Shown piece after piece: positions 31,855-42,309 of a stretch of 64,000 bases of DNA. A program made the position numbers and the translations under genes. Origin of the DNA: Candidatus Marinacidobacterales bacterium (lineage in GTDB: Bacteria > Acidobacteriota > Vicinamibacteria > Marinacidobacterales > DATDRI01). The stretch lies in assembly GCA_965219415.1 (NCBI GenBank), contig OZ244742.1, forward strand, positions 960,001 to 1,024,000, given 5' to 3'. Numbering within the stretch: position 1 is the stretch's first letter; each line of letters starts with the position of its first letter. Below the pieces are notes generated by a model. It made no database searches and was not told the origin of the DNA. It saw only the letters and a program-made list of their open reading frames with translations.

Positions 31855-31907
31855 CCGGGGTCAGATCTAATATTGTGACATTGTCACAATATTAGATCTG
31901 ACCCCGG
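31855..31907. repeat. Perfect 53-bp palindrome (REP-like)
   Basis: Arms CCGGGGTCAGATCTAATATTGTGACA / TGTCACAATATTAGATCTGACCCCGG with a 1-nt centre, between convergent genes. Confidence 0.9.
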
Positions 31908-31925
31908 TTTCTTTGGGTAACAGGG

Positions 31926-33986
31926 CTACCGAATCAGTGGGGCGATGACTAGAGACACTACCGACATCAGCTTTAGCAGGATATTGATGCTCGGGCCGGC
32001 GGTGTCCTTGAAGGGATCGCCTACCGTATCGCCGACGACCGCGGCCTTGTGAGGTTCGGAGCCCTTGCCACCGAAGGCGCCGCCTTCGATGTGTTTCTTG
32101 GCGTTGTCCCAAGCCCCCCCGGCGTTCGCCATGAAGATCGCGAGCAGCACGCCAGATACGATGGCGCCACCCAAGACCCCAGCGAGCAGGTTCTTGTCGA
32201 TGAATCCGGCAACGACCGGGACCACGATCGCCATCAAACCCGGTACGATCATGCGCTTGAGAGCGGCCGCGGTGGCGATGTCAACGCACCTGGCGTAGTC
32301 GGCGCGGGCGCCTTTCTTGCCTTCCAAGAGTCCCGGGATTTCTCGGAACTGCCGGCGCACCTCTTCTATCATGTCGAAAGCCGCTTCACCCACCGCCTTC
32401 ATCGCCATCGAGGAGAACAAGAACGGCACCATGCCGCCGAGCAAGAGACCCGCAAGCACGGTCGGGTTCAGGATGGAGAGCTCCTCGGACTTCAGTTGCG
32501 CCTGCTGCTGAAACGCGGCCATCAATGCCATGGCGGCTAGCGCGGCCGAGCCGATCGCAAAGCCCTTCCCGATGGCCGCGGTGGTGTTCCCAACCGCATC
32601 GAGTTTGTCGGTCCGGGCCCGCACCTCTTTCGGAAGCTCGCTCATCTCCGCGATGCCTCCGGCGTTATCGGCGATGGGTCCATAAGCGTCCACCGCAAGC
32701 TGGATTCCCACGGTGCATAGCATCCCGAGTCCGGCGAGCGCGATGCCGTAGAGACCTGCCAAATGGTGCGTCGCGAGGATCGCGATGGCAATGAGAAAGA
32801 GAGGCAAGCCCGTTGAATTCATGCCCAAAGCCAGGCCAGCGATGATGTTGGTAGCCGCGCCGGTTTGCGACGCCTCGGCAACCCCCCGCACCGGGCCGCG
32901 CGCTTCCGAAGTGTAATACTCGGTGACGAAACCGATCGCGGTGCCCACGGCGAGGCCGATGACCATCGCGCCGTAGAGATTAGCCCATGCCTCGGGACAG
33001 AGCGTGCGGATCACGGGGATCGCAACGATGAGCATGACCACCCCTGCCCCGATCGTCCCGGCATTGAGAGCCGTCTGCGGATTCTTCCCTTCTCCTGTTC
33101 TTACCGCAAAGGTACCGGCGATAGAACAAAGGATTCCCACCGCGGCGAGGACGAGGGGCAGAACAACATAGTTCAAGGGATTCGCCACCGGAGTACCCGC
33201 TGCCTCCAGGCCACGGACAAAGACCAATCCCAACACCATGCCACCGATGATCGCTCCCGCATACGACTCGAACAGGTCGGCTCCCATCCCGGCCACGTCA
33301 CCGACGTTGTCACCGACGTTGTCGGCGATCACGGCTGGATTCCGTGGATCGTCCTCGGGAATTCCCGCTTCGACCTTCCCGACGAGGTCGGCGCCGACAT
33401 CCGCCGACTTGGTGTAGATCCCGCCGCCGACACGAGCGAAGAGAGCGATGGAAGACGCCCCCAAGCTGAACCCGGAGAGAACCTGTAGCACTTGGTTTTG
33501 CATGACATCGAGTCCAGTGCCATAGAGATTCGTATAAAGAATGAAGAGAAGTGAGAGACCGAGTACGCCCAGGCCCACCACCGACATACCCATTACTACG
33601 CCACCGGAAAAGGCTATGTTGAGCGCTCGGGCAATCGACTCGCGGGCCGCGTTGGTCGTCCGGACATTCGCTTTCGTCGCCACCCGCATTCCGAAGAAAC
33701 CGGCGAGGGACGAGCAAAGCGCACCCACGATGAACGAGACGCCCACCATTTGAGTTCCGTTCGAGTAGTTCGCCAGGAAGAGCGCCACTGCCACAAAGAG
33801 GGCAAAAACCGCCAGGACCGAGTACTCTCGGCGCAGGAAGGCCATCGCTCCTTCGCTGATGTAGGACGCAATTTCCTTCATGCGATCGGTTCCCTGGTCC
33901 TGACGGGCGACGAAGCCGGCCTTGTACCAAGCGAAAAGGAGCGCTACCACGCCAAGCACGGGCGTCCACTGAACCACGCTATTCAC
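31926..33986 (-). CDS. hppA: Membrane pyrophosphatase, K+-dependent, probably Na+-translocating
   Basis: [26 protein letters not shown] (Ala = K+-dependent type), [10 protein letters not shown]. Confidence 0.95.
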   Translation of the reverse strand: MNSVVQWTPVLGVVALLFAWYKAGFVARQDQGTDRMKEIASYISEGAMAFLRREYSVLAVFALFVAVALFLANYSNGTQMVGVSFIVGALCSSLAGFFGMRVATKANVRTTNAARESIARALNIAFSGGVVMGMSVVGLGVLGLSLLFILYTNLYGTGLDVMQNQVLQVLSGFSLGASSIALFARVGGGIYTKSADVGADLVGKVEAGIPEDDPRNPAVIADNVGDNVGDVAGMGADLFESYAGAIIGGMVLGLVFVRGLEAAGTPVANPLNYVVLPLVLAAVGILCSIAGTFAVRTGEGKNPQTALNAGTIGAGVVMLIVAIPVIRTLCPEAWANLYGAMVIGLAVGTAIGFVTEYYTSEARGPVRGVAEASQTGAATNIIAGLALGMNSTGLPLFLIAIAILATHHLAGLYGIALAGLGMLCTVGIQLAVDAYGPIADNAGGIAEMSELPKEVRARTDKLDAVGNTTAAIGKGFAIGSAALAAMALMAAFQQQAQLKSEELSILNPTVLAGLLLGGMVPFLFSSMAMKAVGEAAFDMIEEVRRQFREIPGLLEGKKGARADYARCVDIATAAALKRMIVPGLMAIVVPVVAGFIDKNLLAGVLGGAIVSGVLLAIFMANAGGAWDNAKKHIEGGAFGGKGSEPHKAAVVGDTVGDPFKDTAGPSINILLKLMSVVSLVIAPLIR

Positions 33987-34015
33987 CCTCTACCTCCTCG
34001 TGTCCTTTACATAAG

Positions 34016-34062
34016 GTGGGACCTACCGGGCTCCGCCGTGACTGACTTGGCCGAGCCCACAC
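34016..34062 (-). ncRNA. Structured 5' leader of hppA, candidate riboswitch
   Basis: Complementary GUGGG/CCCAC and GGGCUC/GAGCCC segments downstream of a TTGGGG-17-TAGAAT promoter (34101-34073). Confidence 0.35.
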
Positions 34063-34219
34063 AGAAGACGGCATTCTACCGGAACCGAGCCGGTACCCCA
34101 AGCCCTATTTCGACCCGGAAAGCCTTTGAATTCAACGAGGCCGGCGCATAGAATGACCGAACCCTGCGCTAGCCCCAAGCGCGGGGAACTGAGGCTAACA
34201 TCATGGAGGTCGACGAAGC

Positions 34220-35047
34220 GTGCGAATAACGCGCCTTGCCCTACTCTTCTCCTTCCTTTCTTTTCTAGCAGGCCTAGCAGGGTCCGCCACAGCGCAAAAC
34301 CTAGACTACCCGGTCGACGTGGCGGTCGACTCGAAGGGCGGGATTTACGTGGCCGATAACCAGGCTCACGCGCTCTTCAAGCTCGAAGGCGGCGGCGTGA
34401 AGGTCGTTGCCAAAGGGGAAGGACTTCCCCGTACGCCGCTTTTCGGCATCCGACACATCGCGCCGGACAAGAACGAGGGCGTCTGGATAGCGAGCGATCC
34501 GGCCACCATGAAGCTCTACCGCATCGACGCGGCGGGCAACATCAATCCCGTCGCCGACGATGAACGCTTCGTGACCCCCTGGGGGATTTTGGTCGAGCCA
34601 TCGGGTGACATCCTGGCAGTGGACCGCGTTACTCAACGTCTGCGCCGGGTCACCGCGGATGGAGTTACCGATGTCGCCGAGGTGCAAGCGCCGCGCACCA
34701 TTCTTCTCGATAAAAAGGGCGCCATCGTCATACTCACCGATCGCAATCTCGAGAAGGTCGGAGGCGACGGCAAGACCGAACCTCTTCTCGACTCACCACC
34801 CTTCGAGTTTCCCCACGACGCCGTCTTGCATCCCAACGGGAACTACTACGTCAGCGACGGTTACGCCCGAGCCATCTGGCAGGTCACGCCGTCCGGTGAA
34901 GTGAGTGCACTAGTTCAAGGCGACCCTCTGAAGAGTCCTCAAGGTCTCGCGCTGGACGGCAAAGGAAACATCCTGGTCGCCGACCCTCACGCCCAAAGCA
35001 TCTTTCAGGTGAGCATCAAGGGAGAGATCAAGACTCTGGCGCCCTAA
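34220..35047 (+). CDS. Exported NHL-repeat beta-propeller protein
   Basis: Signal peptide; YPVDVAVDSKGGIYVAD and SPQGLALDGKGNILVAD repeats. Confidence 0.82.
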   Translation: MRITRLALLFSFLSFLAGLAGSATAQNLDYPVDVAVDSKGGIYVADNQAHALFKLEGGGVKVVAKGEGLPRTPLFGIRHIAPDKNEGVWIASDPATMKLYRIDAAGNINPVADDERFVTPWGILVEPSGDILAVDRVTQRLRRVTADGVTDVAEVQAPRTILLDKKGAIVILTDRNLEKVGGDGKTEPLLDSPPFEFPHDAVLHPNGNYYVSDGYARAIWQVTPSGEVSALVQGDPLKSPQGLALDGKGNILVADPHAQSIFQVSIKGEIKTLAP

Positions 35048-35123
35048 GGGGTCCTCCACGCACGCTGTGGTACACTGCGAAAGTTTTTTTGAACGTTTGA
35101 GCGAATAGTCCGGAGGGAGATCG

Positions 35124-36500
35124 ATGGCATCGCCTAACGAGCGCGGAAGCTGGGGCTCGCGCACGGGGTTCATTCTCGCCGCCGCAGGCTCAGCCGTGGG
35201 ACTCGGCAACATCTGGGGTTTTCCGACACGGGTCGGCCAAGGAGGCGGCGCTGCCTTCGTGGTCGTCTACTTGCTGTGCGTCTTTCTAGTATGCGCCCCC
35301 ATCATGATGGCAGAGCTCGTTTTGGGGCGAGGATCGCAGAGAGATCCGGTCGGTGCGTACCGATTCTTCCGGCCCAATTCCAAGTGGTGGATGGTGGGAG
35401 CGCTCGGCGTCCTCGCCGGCGTGGGCATTCTTTCCTTCTACGCCGTCATCGCCGGCTGGACGGTGGCCTACATCTGGTTTACGGCAACCAGCAGCATCAG
35501 CGGCAACGCCGAGGAGATCCAGAACGCCTTCACGACCTTCGCCGCCAACGGCCCCCTCAACGTTTTTCTCACCTTTCTTTTTCTCGCGATTACGGCTGGA
35601 TGCATCATCACCGGCGTCCGGTCCGGCATCGAGCGCGTCACCAAGGCGTTGATGCCGTCGCTCATTATCTTGCTCATCCTTCTAGCTCTCCGAGCTATCA
35701 CCCTACCAGGAGCGGCCGAGGGTCTCGCCTATTACCTGCGGCCCGATTTCAGCAAGATCATGGACGTCGGCGTGCTGAGTGCCGCGCTCGGCCAAGCATT
35801 CTTCTCTTTGAGCTTGGGCATGGGATGCATGATCACCTACGGAAGCTACCTGAAGAAAACTGAGGGTATCGCGCGCGCCGCCCTCTTCGTCATTTGCCTG
35901 GACACGGTGATGGCGCTCCTCGCCGGGTTCATTATCTTTCCCGCCGGCTTCTCCATCGAAGGATTCGATCCCAGCGCCTCCGGTCCCGGCCTGATCTTCA
36001 ATGTCCTTCCGCAGTTGTTCTCCACCCTGCCCGGGGGGGCCCTTTTTGGCACGGCCTTCTTCGTTCTTCTGGCCATGGCGGCGCTCACGTCGACGATCTC
36101 GTTGCTCGAAGTACCGGTCTCCCACTTCATCGACGAATATGGTTGGAATCGCAAGAAAGCGGTCCTCGTCATCGCCGCTGCCACGTTCCTGCTCGCTATC
36201 CCCTCTGCGCTCGGCAATGGAGCCGTGGCCGCGCTAAGCAATTTCTCCGGCGCGTTGGGAGGTAGCTTCCATGGCCTGATGATCATGCTGTGGAACAACT
36301 ATGCGCTTCCGATCGGGGGTTTCCTGACCGCCATCTTCGTCGGCTACGTCTGGACGTCGGAAGCGGCGATCAAGGAACTAATGTCGAACAACGCCTGGTT
36401 TCCATACCCCAAGTTCTGGGCCGCTTTGATACGGTTCGTCTCTCCGGTAGCCATCGCGCTCATTATTCTCGTGACGGCGTGGCCATTGTTCTCGTCATAG
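35124..36500 (+). CDS. NSS/SNF-family sodium-dependent transporter
   Basis: GSAVGLGNIW, GQAFFSLSLG, GPGLIF. Confidence 0.93.
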   Translation: MASPNERGSWGSRTGFILAAAGSAVGLGNIWGFPTRVGQGGGAAFVVVYLLCVFLVCAPIMMAELVLGRGSQRDPVGAYRFFRPNSKWWMVGALGVLAGVGILSFYAVIAGWTVAYIWFTATSSISGNAEEIQNAFTTFAANGPLNVFLTFLFLAITAGCIITGVRSGIERVTKALMPSLIILLILLALRAITLPGAAEGLAYYLRPDFSKIMDVGVLSAALGQAFFSLSLGMGCMITYGSYLKKTEGIARAALFVICLDTVMALLAGFIIFPAGFSIEGFDPSASGPGLIFNVLPQLFSTLPGGALFGTAFFVLLAMAALTSTISLLEVPVSHFIDEYGWNRKKAVLVIAAATFLLAIPSALGNGAVAALSNFSGALGGSFHGLMIMLWNNYALPIGGFLTAIFVGYVWTSEAAIKELMSNNAWFPYPKFWAALIRFVSPVAIALIILVTAWPLFSS

Positions 36501-36527
36501 GCCCACCGATTATCCTGGGAGAAATTC

Positions 36528-37931
36528 ATGGATGGTTCATTCGTCGCTAACCTGACCAACCAGATCGACGCTCTATCTAATCTCATCTACCAGTGGTACG
36601 CGATACCGTTCATCCTCGTCGTCGTAGGCGGCTGGCTGACGGTGCGGACGGGCTTCGTACAGATTCGACGGTTCCCAGCAGCTCTGCGATTCGTGAGGCA
36701 GGGCGCCTTCAAACATGACGTCGAGGGAGAAGGAACCATCACACCTTTCCAGGCTCTTTCCACCGCACTCGCATCGACCGTCGGCAACGGTAACATCGGC
36801 GGAGTGGCCACCGCCATCCTGGTGGGAGGACCGGGCGCTATCTTCTGGATGTGGGTCACCGCGGCCGTCGGAATGGCGACCAAGTACTCGGAGGCTGTTC
36901 TAGGAGTTCATTACCGGGTGACCACGGAGACCGGCGAGTACGCGAGCGGGCCGATGTACTACATCACGCGTGGACTCCCTTGGCCCCGTCTCGCCAAGGT
37001 CCTGGCCTACATGTTTTGCTTTTTCGGCGCCGCCACTGCACTGGTCGGTACCGGCAACATGGCGCAGTCCAACACAATTGCCAGGACGTTCGTGAAAGCT
37101 GCGAGCTCCGCCTTTGACGTTGACGTACCTCTTTGGGCACCCGGGATCCTCATCACCGTCGCGGTGGGACTCGTGCTCCTCGGTGGGATTCAGCGAATTG
37201 CCTCAGTAGCCGAGAAGCTCGTTCCCGCAATGATTGTGATCTATCTCGTCGCGGGTCTCTCGTATATGGCGATAAACTTCACCCAAATTCCTGCGGTGCT
37301 CGGACTCATCTTCGAGCGTGCCTTTACGCCGATGGCCGCGTTGGGAGGCTTCGTCGGTGTGAGCGTCGCCAACGCCATCGCTGCTGGAATCAGCCGCGGC
37401 GTTCTGTCCAACGAAGCCGGAATGGGGAGTGCTCCCATCGCCCACGGTATCGCCAAGGTCAAACATCCGGCGGAACAAGGCGTTGTCGGGATATTCGAAG
37501 TCTTCACCGACACCATCGTGGTGTGCTCCATCACCGCTTTCATCATCCTCTCGTCCGGACTGTGGACGGAAGCGTCTTATCAAAATGCGAGCGGAGATCT
37601 CACCGCGGGAGCGCTCGCCACTACCATCCCAGGAGCAACTCTCATCGTCGCTCTTGCCTCGTTCCTTTTCGGGTTCTCGACCCTCATTGGTTGGTATTAC
37701 TACGGCGAAAAGTGCATCGAGTTCCTGTTCGGTACGAAGGTGATCATGCCCTATCGATACCTTTTCACCGCGCTGGTGATGGTGGGTTCGGTCGCGAGCG
37801 TACCGCTGGTATGGGCATTAGGAACGCTTCTGAACGGGTTTATGGCATTCCCGAATCTTCTCGCGCTTCTTGCCTTATCGGGCGTGGTCAGAAAACTGAC
37901 ACTCGAGTACTTCAATAAAGACCGCACCTAG
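36528..37931 (+). CDS. Alanine/glycine:cation (Na+) symporter, AGCS family
   Basis: TVGNGNI, GGPGAIFWMW, SNEAGMGS, MAFPNL. Confidence 0.93.
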   Translation: MDGSFVANLTNQIDALSNLIYQWYAIPFILVVVGGWLTVRTGFVQIRRFPAALRFVRQGAFKHDVEGEGTITPFQALSTALASTVGNGNIGGVATAILVGGPGAIFWMWVTAAVGMATKYSEAVLGVHYRVTTETGEYASGPMYYITRGLPWPRLAKVLAYMFCFFGAATALVGTGNMAQSNTIARTFVKAASSAFDVDVPLWAPGILITVAVGLVLLGGIQRIASVAEKLVPAMIVIYLVAGLSYMAINFTQIPAVLGLIFERAFTPMAALGGFVGVSVANAIAAGISRGVLSNEAGMGSAPIAHGIAKVKHPAEQGVVGIFEVFTDTIVVCSITAFIILSSGLWTEASYQNASGDLTAGALATTIPGATLIVALASFLFGFSTLIGWYYYGEKCIEFLFGTKVIMPYRYLFTALVMVGSVASVPLVWALGTLLNGFMAFPNLLALLALSGVVRKLTLEYFNKDRT

Positions 37932-38780
37932 GCGGAAGCAACCGCGGTCGAGCCAAGATAAGAAATCCACGACCGCTTCCGCCCAACCTCGGGGAGCAGG
38001 TGCTACCCGGTGCGCTTCGGGAAGCGCTTCGATCAGAGTCGGATCGTGGCCCTCGACGCCGGCGACGACGTAGGCTCGATCCACCTCACGAAGAAAAGGC
38101 AAATCGTTTTCGGCGTCGCCGAGTCCGGCCGACACCCAAGACTTGCCCGAACCTCGATAGAGCCGCAGCAGCTCCCTTACCGCTCTCCCTTTGTCGCAAC
38201 CGCCCATCGCGTGATAGAAACGGCCGCCACGTGTCACGTTGAGGCCGTTTGCCTCGAGCATCTCCATGGCTTTTCTGCTACGTTGGTCTTCCTCGCCATC
38301 GTCGAGGAAGGGCTCGTCGAACTCTCTTTCCTTCGCCCGCCGGGCTTCGTAGAGGGAAAGCCCAGTAAGTGCGGCCAAGTCTTCCGCCTCGATCTCGTGG
38401 AAGCCTCGCAGTGATGCCCCGGTGGCTCGCTTCGCCTCGTCGAACGCCGCAACGACTTCATCGTACGGAGTTCCCCAGCGCACGACGTCGTATCGACCCG
38501 AAGCGTCGGGCGCCCCTACCTCGCCGCTAAAAGTCCCGCGAGGAACGTAGGCCGCGCCTCCGTTTTCGACGACGAAAGGATCTTTCAGCTCCAGGGCTTC
38601 ACGAAGGGGCTCGATCTCGGCGCGTGTCTTGCTGCTTACGAGAATGACCGGTACCCGACCTTCACGCAAGGCAGCGAGAGCGGGTCGCGCATCATCGAAG
38701 GAATAATTCTCACTATCAAGGAGGGTGCCGTCGAGATCGCTGACCACGACGCCGGATGTTTTGCCGCGCGGAGCTGGCAC
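37875..38780 (-). CDS. Mannosyl-3-phosphoglycerate phosphatase-like HAD-IIB hydrolase
   Basis: DLDGTLLD, SSKTRAE, ENG, GGRF, LGDAEND. Confidence 0.85.
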   Translation of the reverse strand: MPAPRGKTSGVVVSDLDGTLLDSENYSFDDARPALAALREGRVPVILVSSKTRAEIEPLREALELKDPFVVENGGAAYVPRGTFSGEVGAPDASGRYDVVRWGTPYDEVVAAFDEAKRATGASLRGFHEIEAEDLAALTGLSLYEARRAKEREFDEPFLDDGEEDQRSRKAMEMLEANGLNVTRGGRFYHAMGGCDKGRAVRELLRLYRGSGKSWVSAGLGDAENDLPFLREVDRAYVVAGVEGHDPTLIEALPEAHRVAPAPRGWAEAVVDFLSWLDRGCFRLGAVFIEVLECQFSDHAR

Positions 38781-38855
38781 CAGTAGAGATCCTTCGGGCT
38801 CGAATCGACCCGAAGTATAGCAGAGCCGGCTTGTGCGCTAGCTCACAGCGGTTGA

Positions 38856-39491
38856 CTACGGCGCGAGCGGTGTTTCACTCTCAAGACGTGTTCGATCGGT
38901 CAGTCGGGTAAGCAACAACTCTTGTGTGGCACCATCCAGATCCAAGTGGCTCCAGGTCAACGCTTTCCGTTTCAACTTCGGAGCGAGCAACCCACCGCCA
39001 TCGTGTCCATGTTCGGGAACAACGGCATGGATGACCTCGTGAGTAACGACGCGCGCCAGACCGCGGGCGATGATGGCCACTTCCTTGGGCGGCCGCATGT
39101 GCTCTACCACGGGTTTGTACCCGAGCGTGCGCAGGACATTGGGGAGGAATATGAACGCGGTGCCTCTCGGAACCTTGTTACCTATGACGACTCCCATCGT
39201 ATGTTTCGGGAGCTTCCAGCGGGTCGGGTCCGTTGCCCTCAAGACGATTCGAATCCGGACTCTCGACGCAATCGGGCTATTCTCATCATCCCAACTCACG
39301 CGGATTCCCATCTCTCCGAAAACACCCTCGATGTCCCGCGCGACCCGATCGAACCCCTGAGGAAGCAGGTTGCAGGAATCGGTCCAGGTGAGGACCAGGT
39401 GGGGAGCTACTTGACCTGACGGCTGCGCGCCCGCAGCGGCACTAAAGAACATCAAGCTCACGACCAACTCTGTCAAACTCTGGAACTTCAT
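38856..39491 (-). CDS. Exported protein with zincin-like HExxH motif
   Basis: Signal peptide; HEVIHAVVPEHGH. Confidence 0.7.
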   Translation of the reverse strand: MKFQSLTELVVSLMFFSAAAGAQPSGQVAPHLVLTWTDSCNLLPQGFDRVARDIEGVFGEMGIRVSWDDENSPIASRVRIRIVLRATDPTRWKLPKHTMGVVIGNKVPRGTAFIFLPNVLRTLGYKPVVEHMRPPKEVAIIARGLARVVTHEVIHAVVPEHGHDGGGLLAPKLKRKALTWSHLDLDGATQELLLTRLTDRTRLESETPLAP

Positions 39492-39568
39492 TTCTGACCT
39501 CCTCGGCCGAGCTCGATGCGGCTCGAGCTCGATGAGGCCAGGGTTGCAGGGGGGTGGAAAAGAAGTCT

Positions 39569-39616
39569 TTAGCGGAGGGGTAGGCTTTCCTTAGATATTC
39601 CTTAGCTTGGGGTTAG
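39569..39616. promoter_or_regulatory. Five 11-bp-phased (T/G)TAG direct repeats, probable winged-helix regulator boxes
   Basis: TTAG/GTAG at 39569, 39580, 39591, 39602 and 39613. Confidence 0.55.
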
Positions 39617-39819
39617 GGACTCAACGAATTGAACTGAAAAGACTTACGTGAGGAAGAAGGAGTGAGATTACCGGAAGGTCGCGAGGGTGGATCACGTGAT
39701 CCGAGTTTTAAGCCAGGGCGGAGTAGCTTCGAAGTCATGCTGGCTCATCTGATTCCTTCGAAGGAGCCCCAAGGCGGACGATTCCACAGGGGTGCTACGG
39801 AAGGTAACGGTGCCATTGA

Positions 39820-41983
39820 CTAGCGGAAATTCTCGACCAGCATGATGTCGGATTCCGTCTGCTCGGACCGAACGTAGAGAATCCATTTCTCGTCGGGCGA
39901 CACCGAAAGCCAATTATTGAGAGGCGGATGTTCGAGCACGGCGACGTGGCTCACCTCCTCCGAGGCAAAGTCGAAGAGCTCGATGGTCGGCCCCGGCTCC
40001 GCCTCGCGATTAGAGAAGTAGATGCCCTTGTCGGTGGGCGTCCAGTCACCCCAGCCAACCTTTTCGAGAATCTGCGCTTCCTCCCCACCATCGATGGGTA
40101 TGCGCCAGATGCCGGCAGGGCCTCCGGCCGGGATTCGCATGACCCGCCCCGGTACAGCCTGGTGGCTCCGAGTTTGCTTGGCAAAGTAGAGGAACGCGCC
40201 GTCTTCTGATTCGAAAGCGTGAGTGCCTCGGCTTTTGGAGATCTGGATCGCTTCGCCACCGCGGCAGGCATCCTCCATATATCCAGTCTTCCCGTTCGGT
40301 TGGAGGCAAAGTAAATCGAGCGACCGTCTCTCGACAAGCTAGGAGCGGTTTCGTTCCAAGTCTCCGTCGTCAGTCGACGCAAGAAGCCTCCCGTCGCGCC
40401 TACGATATAGATATCTGCGCTGCCTTCCTTCGTGGACCAGAATGCAATTTGCTTTCCATCCGGTGACCAGCCTCCTTTGACCGTTACCGGATGCTCGAGA
40501 AAGGTTAGCTGTCTCGGGTTCGTGCCATCACTGTCACAGACCCAGATCTCCCGATATCCAGAACGAGTGGAATTGAAGAGAATTGTTGCTCCATCCGGAG
40601 AATACTGAGGCATCGTGTTCAGGCCCGTCGACGCGATGAAGCGTTCTGGAGTGTTGGTTCCTTGGCCCGCCGCCGGCCCAGCCACGCGCCAAATATTCCA
40701 ATTGAAATCGAGTCTCTCGTACGCGAGACGTCGGCCTTGCCGGGAAAAGGACGGGGATACTCCTTGCTCCCCGACCTCCAGAGGCTCTGGCTCTCCTCCG
40801 GAGGCTCTGGCTCTCCTCCGGAGGCCGAGACTCGCCATAGGCTCCAATGCCCCACTCGACCCGGACGACCCGACGAGAACACGATGTGCGCTCCGTTGCG
40901 GGTCCAGTCCAACCCACTGATTAAATAGTTACCGAACGTCAGACGTCGTTCGTCCCCGCTCTCGACCGATACGAGGCAAATGTCACTCCCGCCACCCGCC
41001 AAACGATCAAAGGCCACGGTCATGCCGTCGGGCGAGAATCGCGGCGTGGCGTCGCCGCCGGCAACGTGGGGAGGTGGTGCGGTCAATTTTCGCCTCTCAC
41101 CGGTCCGGAGCGAAATCAAGTAGATGCTGTCGGGACTTTCGGGAGTTTCTCGGTGCGATAGGGCGAGGAGCGACCCCATTGGGAAACCAGGAGAGTCCGT
41201 GCGGACTTCGGAAAACTCCAATCTGCCGTTCCGCACCACCCAACGCCGGTATGAGGAAGACGCCGTCGATCAGAGCGTCTTCGTCCGCATCCACGTGCCG
41301 AATGAACGCGATGCGCTGGCCATCGGGCGACCACGCCGGCGTATAAACATCGCCTAACCCGGAGCTGATGGCGAGGGGCTCGCCGCCATCGATTTGCTTG
41401 ACATACAGATCCGTCGTGCCAGCCTCTCCGATCCGCGTGAAGGCAACCAAGCTGCCGTCCGGCGACAAGGCCGGCCCCCACTCTTGGCCCGGATAACTCG
41501 TCAGAGGGATGGTTTTCGGTGGCGGCCCAGGCGCTTCACGAGTGACGTAGACCCAAAATCCCACCGCGACCACCAAGGCGCCGATGGCGGCGCCCCCAAC
41601 CCACGTCTGCCACCGTGGTCTCTCCGGAACGGCAGCCGGCACGCTCGCCGACTCGCCCTCCCAGGTGACCTCTGAAATCAAACGATAACCCTTCTTCGGA
41701 ATCGTCTGGATGAGCCGCGGCTCCTTCGCGTCGTCGCCGAGCGCTTTGCGAAGCTCCGAAATCGTGTAAGTAAGTGCCTCGTCTGTTACGAATGCGCCCT
41801 CCCACACGTCTCGAACCAATTCCTCTTTGGTGACGAGTTGGGCCTGCGTGCTCGGCGAGATACACCAAGACCTGCATGACGCGAGGTTGGAGTTTGACCC
41901 GGCCGCTCGCTCCAACGGCCTGTCCTAGGTCAGGTTCGATCAGCCAATCGTCGATGCGGAAAGGATTTTCCAGGGCGCTTCAC
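39820..41983 (-). pseudogene. ToxR/CadC-like wHTH regulator with TM helix and TolB-like (PD40) propeller, multiple frameshifts
   Basis: [37 protein letters not shown]; repeated WSPDG; 20-bp tandem duplication at 40781-40820; start approximate. Confidence 0.82.
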
Positions 41984-42309
41984 TCCGCGGGCCAGAAAGA
42001 TTCTAGGGTTGTATCCCCGCTCCAAAGCGCAAAGCAAAGTCTCTGTTAACTGTGAAAATAGAGCGATTCACTTCCACTCGTCGCCTCCTGCACTTCGAAT
42101 CGCACGTGGGGGGCATTTCCCCCCGCGGTTGGCGCGAGCCCCTCAGCCGAGACTACGCCGGCAAGTCGATTGCCGTCGTAAGTGACTTCGTTAAAAAGAG
42201 TTAGCCAGTCACCGCAAAGCGGTAAACGGCGGCACGGCCCTTGCTGTGAATGAGCTGAGCAGGAGAGGTGCGGCGACTTGCCGCCCCCTGAAGTTGATAA
42301 ATCGTTGCC

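Noticed and set aside
31840-31935. hppA 3'-tail duplication around the palindrome (TTACGAATC vs CTACCGAATC)
   Set aside because: The match is too short to distinguish from chance
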